DNA of 64,000 nucleotides, taken from NCBI GenBank assembly GCA_000165345.1, contig CM000434.1:256001-320000 (forward strand), written 5' to 3'. How positions within the stretch are numbered: position 1 is the first letter of the stretch; each line of letters begins with the position of its first letter. A program made the translations under genes and the position numbers. The notes under the pieces were generated by a model. It made no database searches. It was given only the letters and a program-made list of their open reading frames with translations, and was not told the origin of the DNA. This document shows, piece by piece, positions 33,177 through 43,842 of the stretch.

Positions 33177-36100
33177 ATGCCGAAGAAAGTCGTGAGAAAT
33201 AATAAATGGATGCTAATTACATACAAACAGCTCCTATTGGTGGTTGCTTTTCTCTTCCATTTATTTCTGGTCTTAAATGCAATACCTATCATTCAGATCA
33301 ATAAGCAAGTTTCAATGGGAGAAGTTTATGAGCAGATATACCAAACTTCTTGCAATATTTCTGAGGATTCAATGATTAGGTTTGGATATTTAGGTGGTTA
33401 TCTAGCCGTTGACTTTCTCCCATCTCGAAAAAAAATCTGTTTTGAGATTGAAGAGAATGGAGAAATAGAAAAGAAAATGAAAGAATCGAATATGGAGATA
33501 AGTTTAACCAACCCATTGAAGTCAGCACAGTATATATGGTTAATTGCTAGAATGAAATTCAATGTATTTATTCTTGAGGCCGAATCATTTAACATTTGGA
33601 CTACAGTTTTGAAAGATCTAAATCTGATTGATCAGTCACAAGTTCCGAAATATTTTCCTGAATATAATAAAATTATCAGCTCTAGACCAATGAATCCAGG
33701 CAAACAAACATTGCTCAGAAGTTACCCAACCAAAGACGATTTGTTGATCATTCTTTCTCTTGCTACTCGAACATACAAAGGAGGAAAGTTTGCAACTGAC
33801 TTCACTGGAGGTAAAATGCTTGTTACAGATGAAATGAAAAAAAACACCACACCTTTAGTTTATTCAAATATTGAATACTATATTCCTGTTCTTATGAAGT
33901 TATATCCTCCCTCCTTTGATTACCAGGATTTGATTTCTTCAGTTTCATTCGTTTATAGAATGATTTACTATTGTACTGGACGTATTATCCTCCCAAAAGA
34001 AGCATGGGAAATTTGGGGGCTTGTATATTCATATGGAGGTGGTGGACACATACCTAAATACAGTGATTCGTACACAGAAGCAATATTAACTCAAGAACCT
34101 GACGATGCTTTTCCAGAAGAAAGAAACTTTTTTGTTGTATTAGAAAGATTAATTGAAATACAAGAACCTTCTTGGGATGTTCTAATACCTCCAATTTATA
34201 ACCACAGAAAAGAAAAGAGTGGTGGGTTCGAAGATCATGAACTATTCAAGTTTTTAGAATTTAAGGGAATCCCAATTCTAAACAAAAATTCAAAAGATAT
34301 CGATGGCGTCATTATAGTTTACTTCTTTTTCCACTACGTATTAAAATTATTCATTTCAGTTGTAACTGCGAGAGATTTATGGATTATTCTTAAAAATTGG
34401 TTAACCCATTCTACTGATTATTTTATCTCTGATAACGTCTATTTTGTACAAAATGAAAGACATAATACAAATAGGAAGATTAAATATGGAAAATTAGAAT
34501 ATCTTGAGGAAATCCCAAGATGGGCAACTGGAAATAAAGATCTTGATATTAACTCTGAAATCTTTAGCAGTTTTATTAATGAATTTGAGAATGAATTTCC
34601 ATACATTATTACTTGTCCAAATGGAGATCTTGCACTAAAGGATAGTGGTTCTGATTTTAATTACAAATATAACCCACAAAAGGTTCAAATAACAGATCGA
34701 ATGGCAGTAAGTATAGCAAAAGAAATACATACTCTTTTTCCTCAAATCAAATTCAAAAAAATTTGTAGACTAGCTTCTTCTCTTTCATTAATTGTTCCAT
34801 TTGACATTAAGTTGTTTTCAAAGTTCGTAATTAAAAAGAATGGTAAAAAAGGCAAGAATTCCAAATCTAATAAAAGTGAACAGTGGAGATTTGAAGATAA
34901 TATTGAGGGGATGGAATATTGTAGAAAAGGAATTTTAAGCCTTTTAAAAGAAGGACAAATTGAATTAGAACAATATAATGAATTAGACTCAATCCATATT
35001 GTTGGTTACTTAGATGCTGCTTGTCTGAGAATAATTAAGTCACAAATAAAATGCAATATAGACTCCCCTTACTATTTTCCATATCATGTTTCTAATACAA
35101 TAAATAGTTTTTCTGGTAATATTGCTACTGCATTATCGAGCTCATTTGTTGGAGAAAGAAACTATTATAAAGGAGTAATTGGAACTATATGGGATGGAAA
35201 ACTTCAATCTATTTTACAAGAAGAAACTTTTCCTTCTCTTATTAGGTTGTATAACCCAGGATTTAATCCAGAAAGTTTCTGTAAAATTTCAGATCAGTTT
35301 ATTATTCCTGCAATTATTAGTTATTTTGAGAAGAAGAACATAGAATATATGAAAAAGCTTAAGAAAAAAGCTATAAACAAAAATTTTTTATCTCGGATTA
35401 ATTTAAAATATTATGGTAAACACAGAACTCCTAATGGCAATATGGATTTATTTTTTTCTGATGTAGTGGCACTAAAGAAAATTATTAATGCACACAGGAT
35501 CCCAAAAGGAGCTAAGATTGAAGATTGGAAAGAATTTGTTATTGATGAAGAAAGCATCTCTTCTTTTATTTTGGATCATTTTAAGAAACCTTCAGAACTT
35601 AAATCTTTTTGTAGAACTTTGTTAGAAAGAAGGCTTAGAGATGGAGAAATCCAAATCTTTCCAATATCAACAGATTCAAATAAATATACAGATTTTTTGT
35701 TAAACCAAAAGAAACAAACAAAATTATTCTTCAAAAAGCTTGTAAAGGACGATAATTCTGACGCAAATCTCAAAGAAATAAGTAAATTATTAATGTTTAA
35801 AGACGAGTCACTTTTGGAGTTCCCAGAAACTATTGCAAGTAACTTCAGAGATTCAATTCTAAATGAGAGATTAGACCTTCAATTTAAAAACTTTATCCAA
35901 TCAGACATCAACGATTCTTGTGATAAAGTTTCGTCACTCTTTTATAATACAATTAAAACTAAAAGTAAAAAGAATTCTCATTGCTGTGACTACTCTAATT
36001 GTTTTAATTTTTTGAACAAAGCAGAAGATCCAGAATATTGTGTGGTTAAAAGCTCAAAAGATGAAAGTGAATTGATAGAAGAGGCAATTGAGCATGGACT

Positions 36101-39100
36101 TAAGATTGTTATGAACAACCCAAATATAAAGTTAAATTTTAGATCTTATTTACACAATGAAAATTTGCAAGCATTGGAACAGAATGGAGTTACATTAACC
36201 ACTAATTTACTTGATAAAAACTTTATCATTAATAATGCAAGCTTTATATATATTTATTTATCGAGCATTTCTCTTCCAATAAGTAAGAACCAAGCTCTTT
36301 TAGTTTCAGAAATTGCATCCGTTTTACTCCATAATTACCATTTACATGGAGAGTCATTAGTTAATGACAATGTTACATATTTATCATCCATTAATCGAGA
36401 TGAGACAAAGGTTGGAGATCCCACTCTTTTTCAAATTACTGCTGAGTCAAATCCAGTAAATTTCTTCCAAAAGTATTGTAAATCCAATGAATACAATGAA
36501 AGAACTTTAAATTTATTACAAAGAATGTCATTTATTGGCAATCCTAAAAATAATTTCAATAAAACTTTTCTTGACTGGACTGATGGCTATCTTAGCAAAG
36601 ACAAAGCTTGCAAAATAGCTGAAGATTTGATAAGAAATGATATTATTTATTCTGAAGAGTTGACGGAGAGTGCTAAACAAGCTAGAAATTGTCTCGAGTT
36701 TGTTAGTTCCGAATATCCAAATTTGCCACATATTCCTATCCATGTATGTAGCTCTCAGAGGCTAATGTTGAACTGTGGGACAGATAATTATCTGGATGAC
36801 GTGTTTGCTTCAATGATCATATCACATTTCCCAGTATTTGGTATTTATCAAAATTCTGATGTAGTAAAAGAAGCAATTTGTTCATACTCAAAGACTTTAA
36901 GTATTTTTTATGATAATCCCAGATTCTCAGAAAAATGTAAAGACTTATTTACAGAAACTTTTGGATTTAATCAACTTATGAAAGAAAGGTTTCGTTATCT
37001 AAAAAGTCAACAAGTGGAGTCAATAACTTTAGAGATTTGCGAAAGTGTAAATTTAATGCATTCCTGCAGTAATAGTAATTCAAATCCCTTGCACATATAT
37101 GAAATCAAGAGAGTTTCAGATATTATTATTTCTGAAATAAAAAATGAGTTTTCTGATTTTGATTTTTATTGGAGAAAAGATTTTTTATGTGATACAGCAA
37201 GTAAAATAATAAAATTTGGAATTGAAGAATGTGGAAGTATTTTAAAAAAGTTCTTAAAAAATTTTGATTATCAGTTTCCAATCGAGTTCGAGAAGACTTT
37301 ATGCAGTAAAATGAATATATGGCCAAGAGTTTGTTTTAAAGAGGTATTTCCTAATCAATCAGTTTTTTCTAATTTATTTTATACATATATAATAGTTCCA
37401 TTGATTAAGGATGATTTATTAAAAAATATGAGTGTTGTTAGTGAATTAAGCTTTTATGATAGCTGTAAGATTTTAGAAAATAATTTTTCAGAAGAAAATT
37501 ATAAATCAAAAGATTCAGAAATTTCAAAAATTGGTTTGGATCCAGAAAAAGCATGCACAGAATTCTTTGAAAATTTATTTCCTAAAGACGAAATGTATGA
37601 CCAAGAGGTAGGTCTTAGAATTATTGAAAAGAAAAGAGAATGTGGACCATCCATTTTAAAAAAGTTTGTAGCAATTGTTAAAGATCAGGCCAATTTTTCA
37701 TTCTTTGATAACAATTCGAGGCTAATTTCTCAAAATTTTCTTTATCTTCCAGAATATATGCAAACGGGAGAGATTGCTCACAAACTAATAAATCAATATA
37801 AATTGCCTCCAAGGGTTACATTGTTATTTATTGGGCTCGAGCATGCCTTGAATGAATTGAATTCGAAATCTAAAGTTAAACACGAATTTTCTAATTTAGG
37901 TTTAATATATAACTCTGTTAAGATGGTAACAAAAATGGATTATTTGAGTGATAAGGACTTATTACTTGAATGTGTTAAGATTAACAAGGAAAGAATATTT
38001 CCAGTGATTGGAGATAAAGAACTAGAAGAGGTTTGTAAACATACTTTTTCGAGTTTTGGGAATTCCGAATTTTTAGATAACATATATTTATTGTATTCAT
38101 TAAATAACAAGGTTTCATCTTATTATTGCACCCATTTTACCTCAGAAAACATATTATTGATCTCAAAGCCATATATATCAAAAGTTTTACAAGGTAAACC
38201 ATCTTTAGATATTCAAAGAGTGTATGAAAAGGTTTTGAATGAATATATTGACTATATGTTTAACTATTTCGATACTTATTTACCCGATCCAAACAATGAA
38301 AACAATGGTGTTTCAATATATAAAAGGTTAGGGATTAACAAAACAAATAAAATGAAAGACAACGGTGTAAATTCAAATCAAGAGAAAAAAGAAGAAGATA
38401 ATTTAACCCAATTTTTAAATGGAAGTGTGTATGAGACAGATGTTCAAAGAAAGCATAAAGACAAATTAGCTAAGGCATTGATTATGTTTAATTTCTTGTT
38501 GGAAACTAAAAGATTAGGAGTTTTTCAAATTCATATGAATGACCATCCTTATGAAATATCACAAGAGGTCTCTTCAATTTCAGTATTAAAATTCATGCCT
38601 CCAGATATAGCAAATTGGCTAACCTCATATAAAAATTATAAGTTTTCAAATATGTTTTTTGTAGTCCCAATTTATTCAGATGGTAATAAAGTATTAGGGC
38701 CTATAGCAAATTTAGATATAGAAAATAGAATTCTTTATAAAGAGCTTTCAAGTAAAGGAATTGCACTAAACAGAATTATGAATATATTAGAAAGCAAGCA
38801 GAAGTTGATAAGCGGTGATAAGAAAATTGAAATATCGAGTACAATTTTAGAAGCAACAATTAAATACATTATTCAAAATGATGATAGCAAACAATTAGAA
38901 TACGCTTCTTCAATAATTAATAATTCTTTCGTTTTTAGGAATGCAGTAAAGAAGCTCAATATGAATAAAGAAATAATTTTTGATATAAGAGAAAATATTA
39001 ATTCAAATATTTTGTTTATAAATAAGAACTTGGTTGCATTTGAAGGAATACAATATTTCATAGATAATAGTCCATCTAAAATAAGATCAGGTACTGATTT

Positions 39101-40403
39101 TTTTATAAATAACTTTGATTTCCTTAGAAATATCCACAAAGATAGTTTATTTTTTTATAAAGGAGATATAAATTCAGAAGAAATGAAGAATATTAGAAGA
39201 AGATTTTTCTGTCAAGCTTTTAACAGGGAAATAATGCGCGATGCAGATCATGGTGAGAATCCATTTTTTGAGTGTTATTACTTCAGGGTTGAAAATGGTT
39301 CTCTATATAGAGAAAAGAGACATATAGAAGGTAAAACTGTAAGGTATTGTGAATTCACAGGGTTATCAACTAATACAAGCAACTTTAAAGAAGAATATTT
39401 ATTACATAAAAAGTATTTAAAGTTCTTGATTAATGGTGAAGAACATTTTTATCCATTCATTAGTGATAGATATATGTTGAGTCCAGATGTGATAGTGAGA
39501 GGGATTGGAAGAATTTATGGTTATTGTATGTTAAAAGGGGAACCACTTAATTTCCATTTTAATAATTTTATCTTAAGATATTTAAAATCAGGTGAATTAA
39601 ATAATGAAACAAATATTAGAGAATACGTGGACGAAAGGATAAAAAAATTCGATAATATGATAAGTTTATCCTTCAATACATTAGATTCAAAGGATTTTTC
39701 AGAATTAATTATGGACTTCAAAAATGCAAAAAAGAAAGTTTTCAATGGCCAACCAATTTATTATTATGTTGATCAAAGGAAATTTGAACAAATTAATGGT
39801 GGGAAAGATTTAATATATAAAGATCTTGGCTTACCCGAGGTTAATAATTTTAGCAATTTGAGATTTTTGAGAAAACTTATTGCTAATTTTATAGGATTTC
39901 AAAAGTTTAATGTAGAAATTGAAAATTTTTCTAAAGGTGTATATGATATAATTCCTAGAAGATTCTTGAGATCATTTTACTTATCAAATCTTTCACATTT
40001 TACTCAAGGTTATATGAATATAAATGTAAAAAATGAGTTACCAGTTAAAAACCTATTGATGTCATTTTTTTATGTAGAAAATGAAGACCTCTTATTACCA
40101 CACAAGCGCAATTTGGTAAAATGGTTCCACATTGCATTAAATTCACTTACATGTACTGATTTAGGATTCTTTTTTGCATCATTTACCAACAGGTTTTCAA
40201 TATTCCCACCGACAGCTTACGCAGGAAGAATCAGAATTGTTGAAATCCCACTAATAGAGGAAAGAAATCCAGAAAAAAGAATTATAATCGATCCACTATT
40301 ATTAATAGTTTATATTCCTAAATACAAAACATTTGTGGATGTGGAACATGCTATTTTTAAAATTGTTGAAGCTAATAAAAAAAAACTACGCTATTCTATT
40401 TAA
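33177..40403 (+). CDS. Giant membrane-anchored hypothetical protein (2408 aa).
   Basis: Single 7.2-kb ORF. N-terminal signal anchor (LLLVVAFLFHLFLVLNAIPII). No confident domain. A weak HECT-like motif lies near the C-terminus (see findings). Confidence 0.7.
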   Translation: MPKKVVRNNKWMLITYKQLLLVVAFLFHLFLVLNAIPIIQINKQVSMGEVYEQIYQTSCNISEDSMIRFGYLGGYLAVDFLPSRKKICFEIEENGEIEKKMKESNMEISLTNPLKSAQYIWLIARMKFNVFILEAESFNIWTTVLKDLNLIDQSQVPKYFPEYNKIISSRPMNPGKQTLLRSYPTKDDLLIILSLATRTYKGGKFATDFTGGKMLVTDEMKKNTTPLVYSNIEYYIPVLMKLYPPSFDYQDLISSVSFVYRMIYYCTGRIILPKEAWEIWGLVYSYGGGGHIPKYSDSYTEAILTQEPDDAFPEERNFFVVLERLIEIQEPSWDVLIPPIYNHRKEKSGGFEDHELFKFLEFKGIPILNKNSKDIDGVIIVYFFFHYVLKLFISVVTARDLWIILKNWLTHSTDYFISDNVYFVQNERHNTNRKIKYGKLEYLEEIPRWATGNKDLDINSEIFSSFINEFENEFPYIITCPNGDLALKDSGSDFNYKYNPQKVQITDRMAVSIAKEIHTLFPQIKFKKICRLASSLSLIVPFDIKLFSKFVIKKNGKKGKNSKSNKSEQWRFEDNIEGMEYCRKGILSLLKEGQIELEQYNELDSIHIVGYLDAACLRIIKSQIKCNIDSPYYFPYHVSNTINSFSGNIATALSSSFVGERNYYKGVIGTIWDGKLQSILQEETFPSLIRLYNPGFNPESFCKISDQFIIPAIISYFEKKNIEYMKKLKKKAINKNFLSRINLKYYGKHRTPNGNMDLFFSDVVALKKIINAHRIPKGAKIEDWKEFVIDEESISSFILDHFKKPSELKSFCRTLLERRLRDGEIQIFPISTDSNKYTDFLLNQKKQTKLFFKKLVKDDNSDANLKEISKLLMFKDESLLEFPETIASNFRDSILNERLDLQFKNFIQSDINDSCDKVSSLFYNTIKTKSKKNSHCCDYSNCFNFLNKAEDPEYCVVKSSKDESELIEEAIEHGLKIVMNNPNIKLNFRSYLHNENLQALEQNGVTLTTNLLDKNFIINNASFIYIYLSSISLPISKNQALLVSEIASVLLHNYHLHGESLVNDNVTYLSSINRDETKVGDPTLFQITAESNPVNFFQKYCKSNEYNERTLNLLQRMSFIGNPKNNFNKTFLDWTDGYLSKDKACKIAEDLIRNDIIYSEELTESAKQARNCLEFVSSEYPNLPHIPIHVCSSQRLMLNCGTDNYLDDVFASMIISHFPVFGIYQNSDVVKEAICSYSKTLSIFYDNPRFSEKCKDLFTETFGFNQLMKERFRYLKSQQVESITLEICESVNLMHSCSNSNSNPLHIYEIKRVSDIIISEIKNEFSDFDFYWRKDFLCDTASKIIKFGIEECGSILKKFLKNFDYQFPIEFEKTLCSKMNIWPRVCFKEVFPNQSVFSNLFYTYIIVPLIKDDLLKNMSVVSELSFYDSCKILENNFSEENYKSKDSEISKIGLDPEKACTEFFENLFPKDEMYDQEVGLRIIEKKRECGPSILKKFVAIVKDQANFSFFDNNSRLISQNFLYLPEYMQTGEIAHKLINQYKLPPRVTLLFIGLEHALNELNSKSKVKHEFSNLGLIYNSVKMVTKMDYLSDKDLLLECVKINKERIFPVIGDKELEEVCKHTFSSFGNSEFLDNIYLLYSLNNKVSSYYCTHFTSENILLISKPYISKVLQGKPSLDIQRVYEKVLNEYIDYMFNYFDTYLPDPNNENNGVSIYKRLGINKTNKMKDNGVNSNQEKKEEDNLTQFLNGSVYETDVQRKHKDKLAKALIMFNFLLETKRLGVFQIHMNDHPYEISQEVSSISVLKFMPPDIANWLTSYKNYKFSNMFFVVPIYSDGNKVLGPIANLDIENRILYKELSSKGIALNRIMNILESKQKLISGDKKIEISSTILEATIKYIIQNDDSKQLEYASSIINNSFVFRNAVKKLNMNKEIIFDIRENINSNILFINKNLVAFEGIQYFIDNSPSKIRSGTDFFINNFDFLRNIHKDSLFFYKGDINSEEMKNIRRRFFCQAFNREIMRDADHGENPFFECYYFRVENGSLYREKRHIEGKTVRYCEFTGLSTNTSNFKEEYLLHKKYLKFLINGEEHFYPFISDRYMLSPDVIVRGIGRIYGYCMLKGEPLNFHFNNFILRYLKSGELNNETNIREYVDERIKKFDNMISLSFNTLDSKDFSELIMDFKNAKKKVFNGQPIYYYVDQRKFEQINGGKDLIYKDLGLPEVNNFSNLRFLRKLIANFIGFQKFNVEIENFSKGVYDIIPRRFLRSFYLSNLSHFTQGYMNINVKNELPVKNLLMSFFYVENEDLLLPHKRNLVKWFHIALNSLTCTDLGFFFASFTNRFSIFPPTAYAGRIRIVEIPLIEERNPEKRIIIDPLLLIVYIPKYKTFVDVEHAIFKIVEANKKKLRYSI

Positions 40404-40574
40404 TAGTGTTGTTGAAAAGCTCATTTTAAAGTAATAAATATAGTGAATTAGAATACATGTATTGTCTGCATACTCAGACATTAAAATATATAGTCTATAA
40501 ATAATTAGTTATAATAAATATAAGTATTAATTTTTTTTTCTAATTATTTTTTCAATAGTGTGGGAAAAAACAAG

Positions 40575-40583
40575 TTGGCGCCT
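40575..40583 (+). promoter_or_regulatory. E2F-like site TTGGCGCCT, 65-73 nt upstream of the J-domain gene ATG.
   Basis: Exact 9-mer. GC-rich island in AT-rich intergenic DNA. The same 9-mer occurs at the same distance and orientation upstream of the next two genes. Confidence 0.55.
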
Positions 40584-40647
40584 CAAGTTAATATTAATCT
40601 TTGAACTTTAAAGCAATTTTGAGTGAATATTTTATTGAAAATTCTTT

Positions 40648-41391
40648 ATGGTGAAAGATATTCGTCTTTATGAAATAATTGGCGTATCTCCAAATGCTGG
40701 TGCTGCAGAAATAAAGAAAGAGTATAGGCTTAGGGCACTTGCTTTACATCCAGATAAAAATCAGAATGACGAAAAAAGCAAGGAAAGGTTCCAAGAATTA
40801 CAAAAAGCATATGAAATATTGAGAAATGAAGAATCTCGCAAGCTATATGATGAGACTGGCATAATTGAGGGTGAGGAAGGGAAAAAGTTTGATGACATTA
40901 TTAATTATTTTAAACAGTTTACCAAAAAAATATCTGAGAAAGATATTCAAGAATATAAAGAACGATACCGTGGGTCTGATGATGAATGGGAAGATTTGTC
41001 AAATTTCTACCTAAGATTTAATGGAAATTGCAAACTGCTGCTTGAATATATTCCCTTTTCCGAGCCAGAAGATATCAACTATTATGTGAGTATGATTGAA
41101 GATGCAATAAAAGATGGCAGACTTCCTCAAAAAAAAGAGTTTAAAGGATCAATTAAGGAGTTGCATGCCCAGGGAAAGAAATGGAAGGCAAAAATGAAGC
41201 GAGAGAAGTCTAAGCATTCAAGTAATATGGAAGATCTCGTTCAAGCGATCCAAAGCAGTTCTAAAAAAAGGATGGGAGGCTTTGCAAGTATTATTAGCAA
41301 GTTTAGTGACGATAGCTTTGAAGAAGTTGATGAAAGCAAGTTTCAAGAGATACAGGAAAATCTCTTGAAAAATAAAAAGAAAAAACGCTAG
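40648..41391 (+). CDS. J-domain protein (DNAJC9-like small DnaJ).
   Basis: N-terminal J domain: LYEIIGVSPNAGAAEIKKEYRLRALALHPDKNQNDEKSKERFQELQKAYEILRNEESRKLYDETG (HPD). Charged C-terminal tail with KKKKR. Confidence 0.8.
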   Translation: MVKDIRLYEIIGVSPNAGAAEIKKEYRLRALALHPDKNQNDEKSKERFQELQKAYEILRNEESRKLYDETGIIEGEEGKKFDDIINYFKQFTKKISEKDIQEYKERYRGSDDEWEDLSNFYLRFNGNCKLLLEYIPFSEPEDINYYVSMIEDAIKDGRLPQKKEFKGSIKELHAQGKKWKAKMKREKSKHSSNMEDLVQAIQSSSKKRMGGFASIISKFSDDSFEEVDESKFQEIQENLLKNKKKKR

Positions 41392-41415
41392 CCTAATTTT
41401 AATTTCAATATTCTT

Positions 41416-41424
41416 TTGGCGCCT
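41416..41424 (+). promoter_or_regulatory. E2F-like site TTTGGCGCCT, 72-80 nt upstream of the DPH5 ATG.
   Basis: Exact match to the TTTSGCGC E2F consensus half. Same 9-mer as at 40575 and 43132 (the latter on the minus strand). Confidence 0.55.
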
Positions 41425-41495
41425 AGTTTGAGTCAAAATTGATTAATTCGAATTGGAAAAAAAAATAATCCGGGTTATAATAAAAATTTACTACC

Positions 41496-42308
41496 ATGGT
41501 TTTGTATCTAATTGGAACAGGGCTAAATGATGAGAGGGACATGACTTTGGGTGGTATAGAACTTATGAAGGTAGCTGATAAGATATATTTAGAATCTTAT
41601 ACTTCTATTTTATCTCAGAGAGCAGATTTGATGAAATATACAGATGGGAAACCTCTTATAGAAGCAGACCGTAAAATGGTAGAGGAAAATTGCGATGAAA
41701 TTATTGAAGAGGCTAAAGACAAATCCATAGTGCTACTAGTAGTAGGGGACCCTTTTTGTGCAACCACTCATTCTGATTTGGTTTTAAGAGCTCATGAAAA
41801 AGATGTCAAGGTTGAAGTTAGACATAATGCAAGCATTATATCTGCTATCGGGTGTACTGGATTACAAGTTTACCGTTTTGGAGAAACAGTTTCGATTCCA
41901 TTTTTCGATGGAAGTTGGCAGCCTTCAAGCTTTTATGATAAAATCAAAGCTAACATTGAGAGAGGACTACATACCCTATGCCTACTTGATATAAAAGTTA
42001 AAGAGCAGACCATTGAAAATATGATGAGGAATAGACCAATTTTTGAGCCTCCTAGGTTCATGACAGTTAATCAAGCAATTTCCCAATTATTTATTCTAGA
42101 GGACAAACTTAAACAAAATGTTATATCACCTAATTCATTAGCAATAGGGGTTGCTAGAATTGGCTCAAGCGACCAAAAAATTGTGTCAGGTACATTAAGT
42201 GAGCTTTCTGACACTGATTTTGGAAATCCATTACATTCATTAGTAATTTGTCATCCTGATTTGCATTTGATTGAACAGCGTTTCTTTGAAATATATAGGA
42301 AAAAATAG
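41496..42308 (+). CDS. DPH5: Diphthine synthase (diphthamide biosynthesis methyltransferase DPH5).
   Basis: MVLYLIGTGLNDERDMTLGGIELMKVADKIYLESYTSIL matches the DPH5 N-terminus (MLYLIGLGL.DE.DIT..GLE....D.VYLE.YTS.L). 270 aa and a tetrapyrrole-methylase fold length. Confidence 0.9.
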   Translation: MVLYLIGTGLNDERDMTLGGIELMKVADKIYLESYTSILSQRADLMKYTDGKPLIEADRKMVEENCDEIIEEAKDKSIVLLVVGDPFCATTHSDLVLRAHEKDVKVEVRHNASIISAIGCTGLQVYRFGETVSIPFFDGSWQPSSFYDKIKANIERGLHTLCLLDIKVKEQTIENMMRNRPIFEPPRFMTVNQAISQLFILEDKLKQNVISPNSLAIGVARIGSSDQKIVSGTLSELSDTDFGNPLHSLVICHPDLHLIEQRFFEIYRKK

Positions 42309-42376
42309 TAAAAAATGATTAATAAATATAGATTAATTAATTTTCGTTCTAAATTATATTCGTTTTTTTATTTAGT

Positions 42377-43066
42377 CTATTCACAAGGTACAATCGCAAA
42401 TGAAATTATTGGCTTAAATGAACTTGGCAGAAATGTTTGTTCCATCTTTAATATACATTTATAATTTGCTCTTTTAAAAATTTCTAGAAAGCTTTCTTCT
42501 GTCCTAATAATACTTCCATCAATTGGATCTACCTCATCTTCATAAGAATCTGCATTGTCCTTAATGCATACAACTCGTTTAGTTCTGTTTGCACTAGTCT
42601 CATTGCAATTATCAAATGAATTTCTAATTCTTATAAGGAGATCTACAAACTCATCATCAGATAAGTACTGTAGTGCCCATTGGATCCAAATAAAATCATA
42701 TCTTCCATTGGCTGGATTAAAATCTTGGAGTTTTGAATGAATTAGCTCAATACAATCTGGGTTATTTTTTTTTGCAACAGTTAAATGTTTAAGTATCGGT
42801 TCATTCAAATCCATCTTCTTACAGTGTTTCATTAAATTCGGTGTTACACGACCAATTCCACACCCCGCATCTACTCCGTATTCAAAAAGTTCATCCTTTT
42901 TCATGCAAAGCCTTTTTTTTAACGTTTCGATAAAATATGTGCTATTGTCGATATCTATTTCGTGGATGTGTATAAATCCATCTAGCATGCCTTCGTTAGT
43001 TGAAGGTTGCTTCTCCCAAATCTCCTCAGAACGACAGAGGATTCTTCCATTATCTGTTTCCATCAT
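42377..43066 (-). CDS. Protein N-terminal (X-Pro-Lys) methyltransferase NTMT1/METTL11 family, SAM-dependent.
   Basis: GVDAGCGIGRVTPNLM (SAM motif I, as in NTMT1 DCGAGIGR.T..LL). Upstream of it, GMLDGFIHIHEIDIDNST.F (compare GMLGGY..IS..DI..S..FL). Confidence 0.8.
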   Translation of the reverse strand: MMETDNGRILCRSEEIWEKQPSTNEGMLDGFIHIHEIDIDNSTYFIETLKKRLCMKKDELFEYGVDAGCGIGRVTPNLMKHCKKMDLNEPILKHLTVAKKNNPDCIELIHSKLQDFNPANGRYDFIWIQWALQYLSDDEFVDLLIRIRNSFDNCNETSANRTKRVVCIKDNADSYEDEVDPIDGSIIRTEESFLEIFKRANYKCILKMEQTFLPSSFKPIISFAIVPCE

Positions 43067-43131
43067 TCAGCCTCTCTCTTTAAACCTAGTTTATTAATAT
43101 ATGAACTTGAATTTTAATAATATAAAACCTT

Positions 43132-43140
43132 AGGCGCCAA
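43132..43140 (-). promoter_or_regulatory. E2F-like site TTGGCGCCT on the minus strand, 66-74 nt upstream of the NTMT1 ATG.
   Basis: The plus strand reads AGGCGCCAA, whose reverse complement is TTGGCGCCT oriented toward the minus-strand gene. Confidence 0.55.
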
Positions 43141-43242
43141 CCACTAAATGTCAAACTTTACTCCATCAGCATAATAAGATTTGAATGACCACTTAATTTT
43201 GAAATACTCAATAGTTCCTATATTGTTAAAGAGAAAATTAAA

Positions 43243-43842
43243 CTATATTGAATTTGAGGTATTTAACGTTACCTTTGTTGTGAGTTCAGATGCTGAATTT
43301 ATTTCCAAACTTTCTGTTTTCGTATTTGTATATATTTTTAAAGTCATTTTATGATACTTCCTATTTCTTGTAAATACCAATGCAATAATGAATAATACGA
43401 TATGAAGTATTATTCCAATAATTATTTTTGTCTTGAGTGTAACACTTTTCAGCATTAGCCTATATTTATTCATTTGCTGAATTATTATTGTTTTCTCATT
43501 AATTGGTAAAGTTTCTTTTTTCACTAATATACAGCCATTCAAATTAATGAAAGCTAAAATTTTACAAGAATAATTAAGTGATATGCTCTCAATTAAGTTT
43601 TTTTCTTTCTCGCAGTTGGATTGTTTCATTATTTTAATGTAAATATAATTGCATTTATTATCACTATTTGAATCCCAAGAATATAAAGTTTTATTTGAAT
43701 TACTTAAGATTTTAATAGGGTAAACACACTTAAATCTCCCAATTGTACTAATTAAAACATTTCTGTTTAGTATAGTCTCAAAATTATTACTGCATTTTAT
43801 TTTATCCACCAATATTTCACTGCCTTGTTCCAAATTTAACAC
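43243..43842 (-). CDS. Possible small membrane protein (199 aa) with one C-terminal TM helix. Weak call.
   Basis: ORF with a hydrophobic stretch (IIIGIILHIVLFIIALVF). N/K/I-rich composition that could arise by chance in AT-rich DNA. Confidence 0.35.
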   Translation of the reverse strand: MLNLEQGSEILVDKIKCSNNFETILNRNVLISTIGRFKCVYPIKILSNSNKTLYSWDSNSDNKCNYIYIKIMKQSNCEKEKNLIESISLNYSCKILAFINLNGCILVKKETLPINEKTIIIQQMNKYRLMLKSVTLKTKIIIGIILHIVLFIIALVFTRNRKYHKMTLKIYTNTKTESLEINSASELTTKVTLNTSNSI

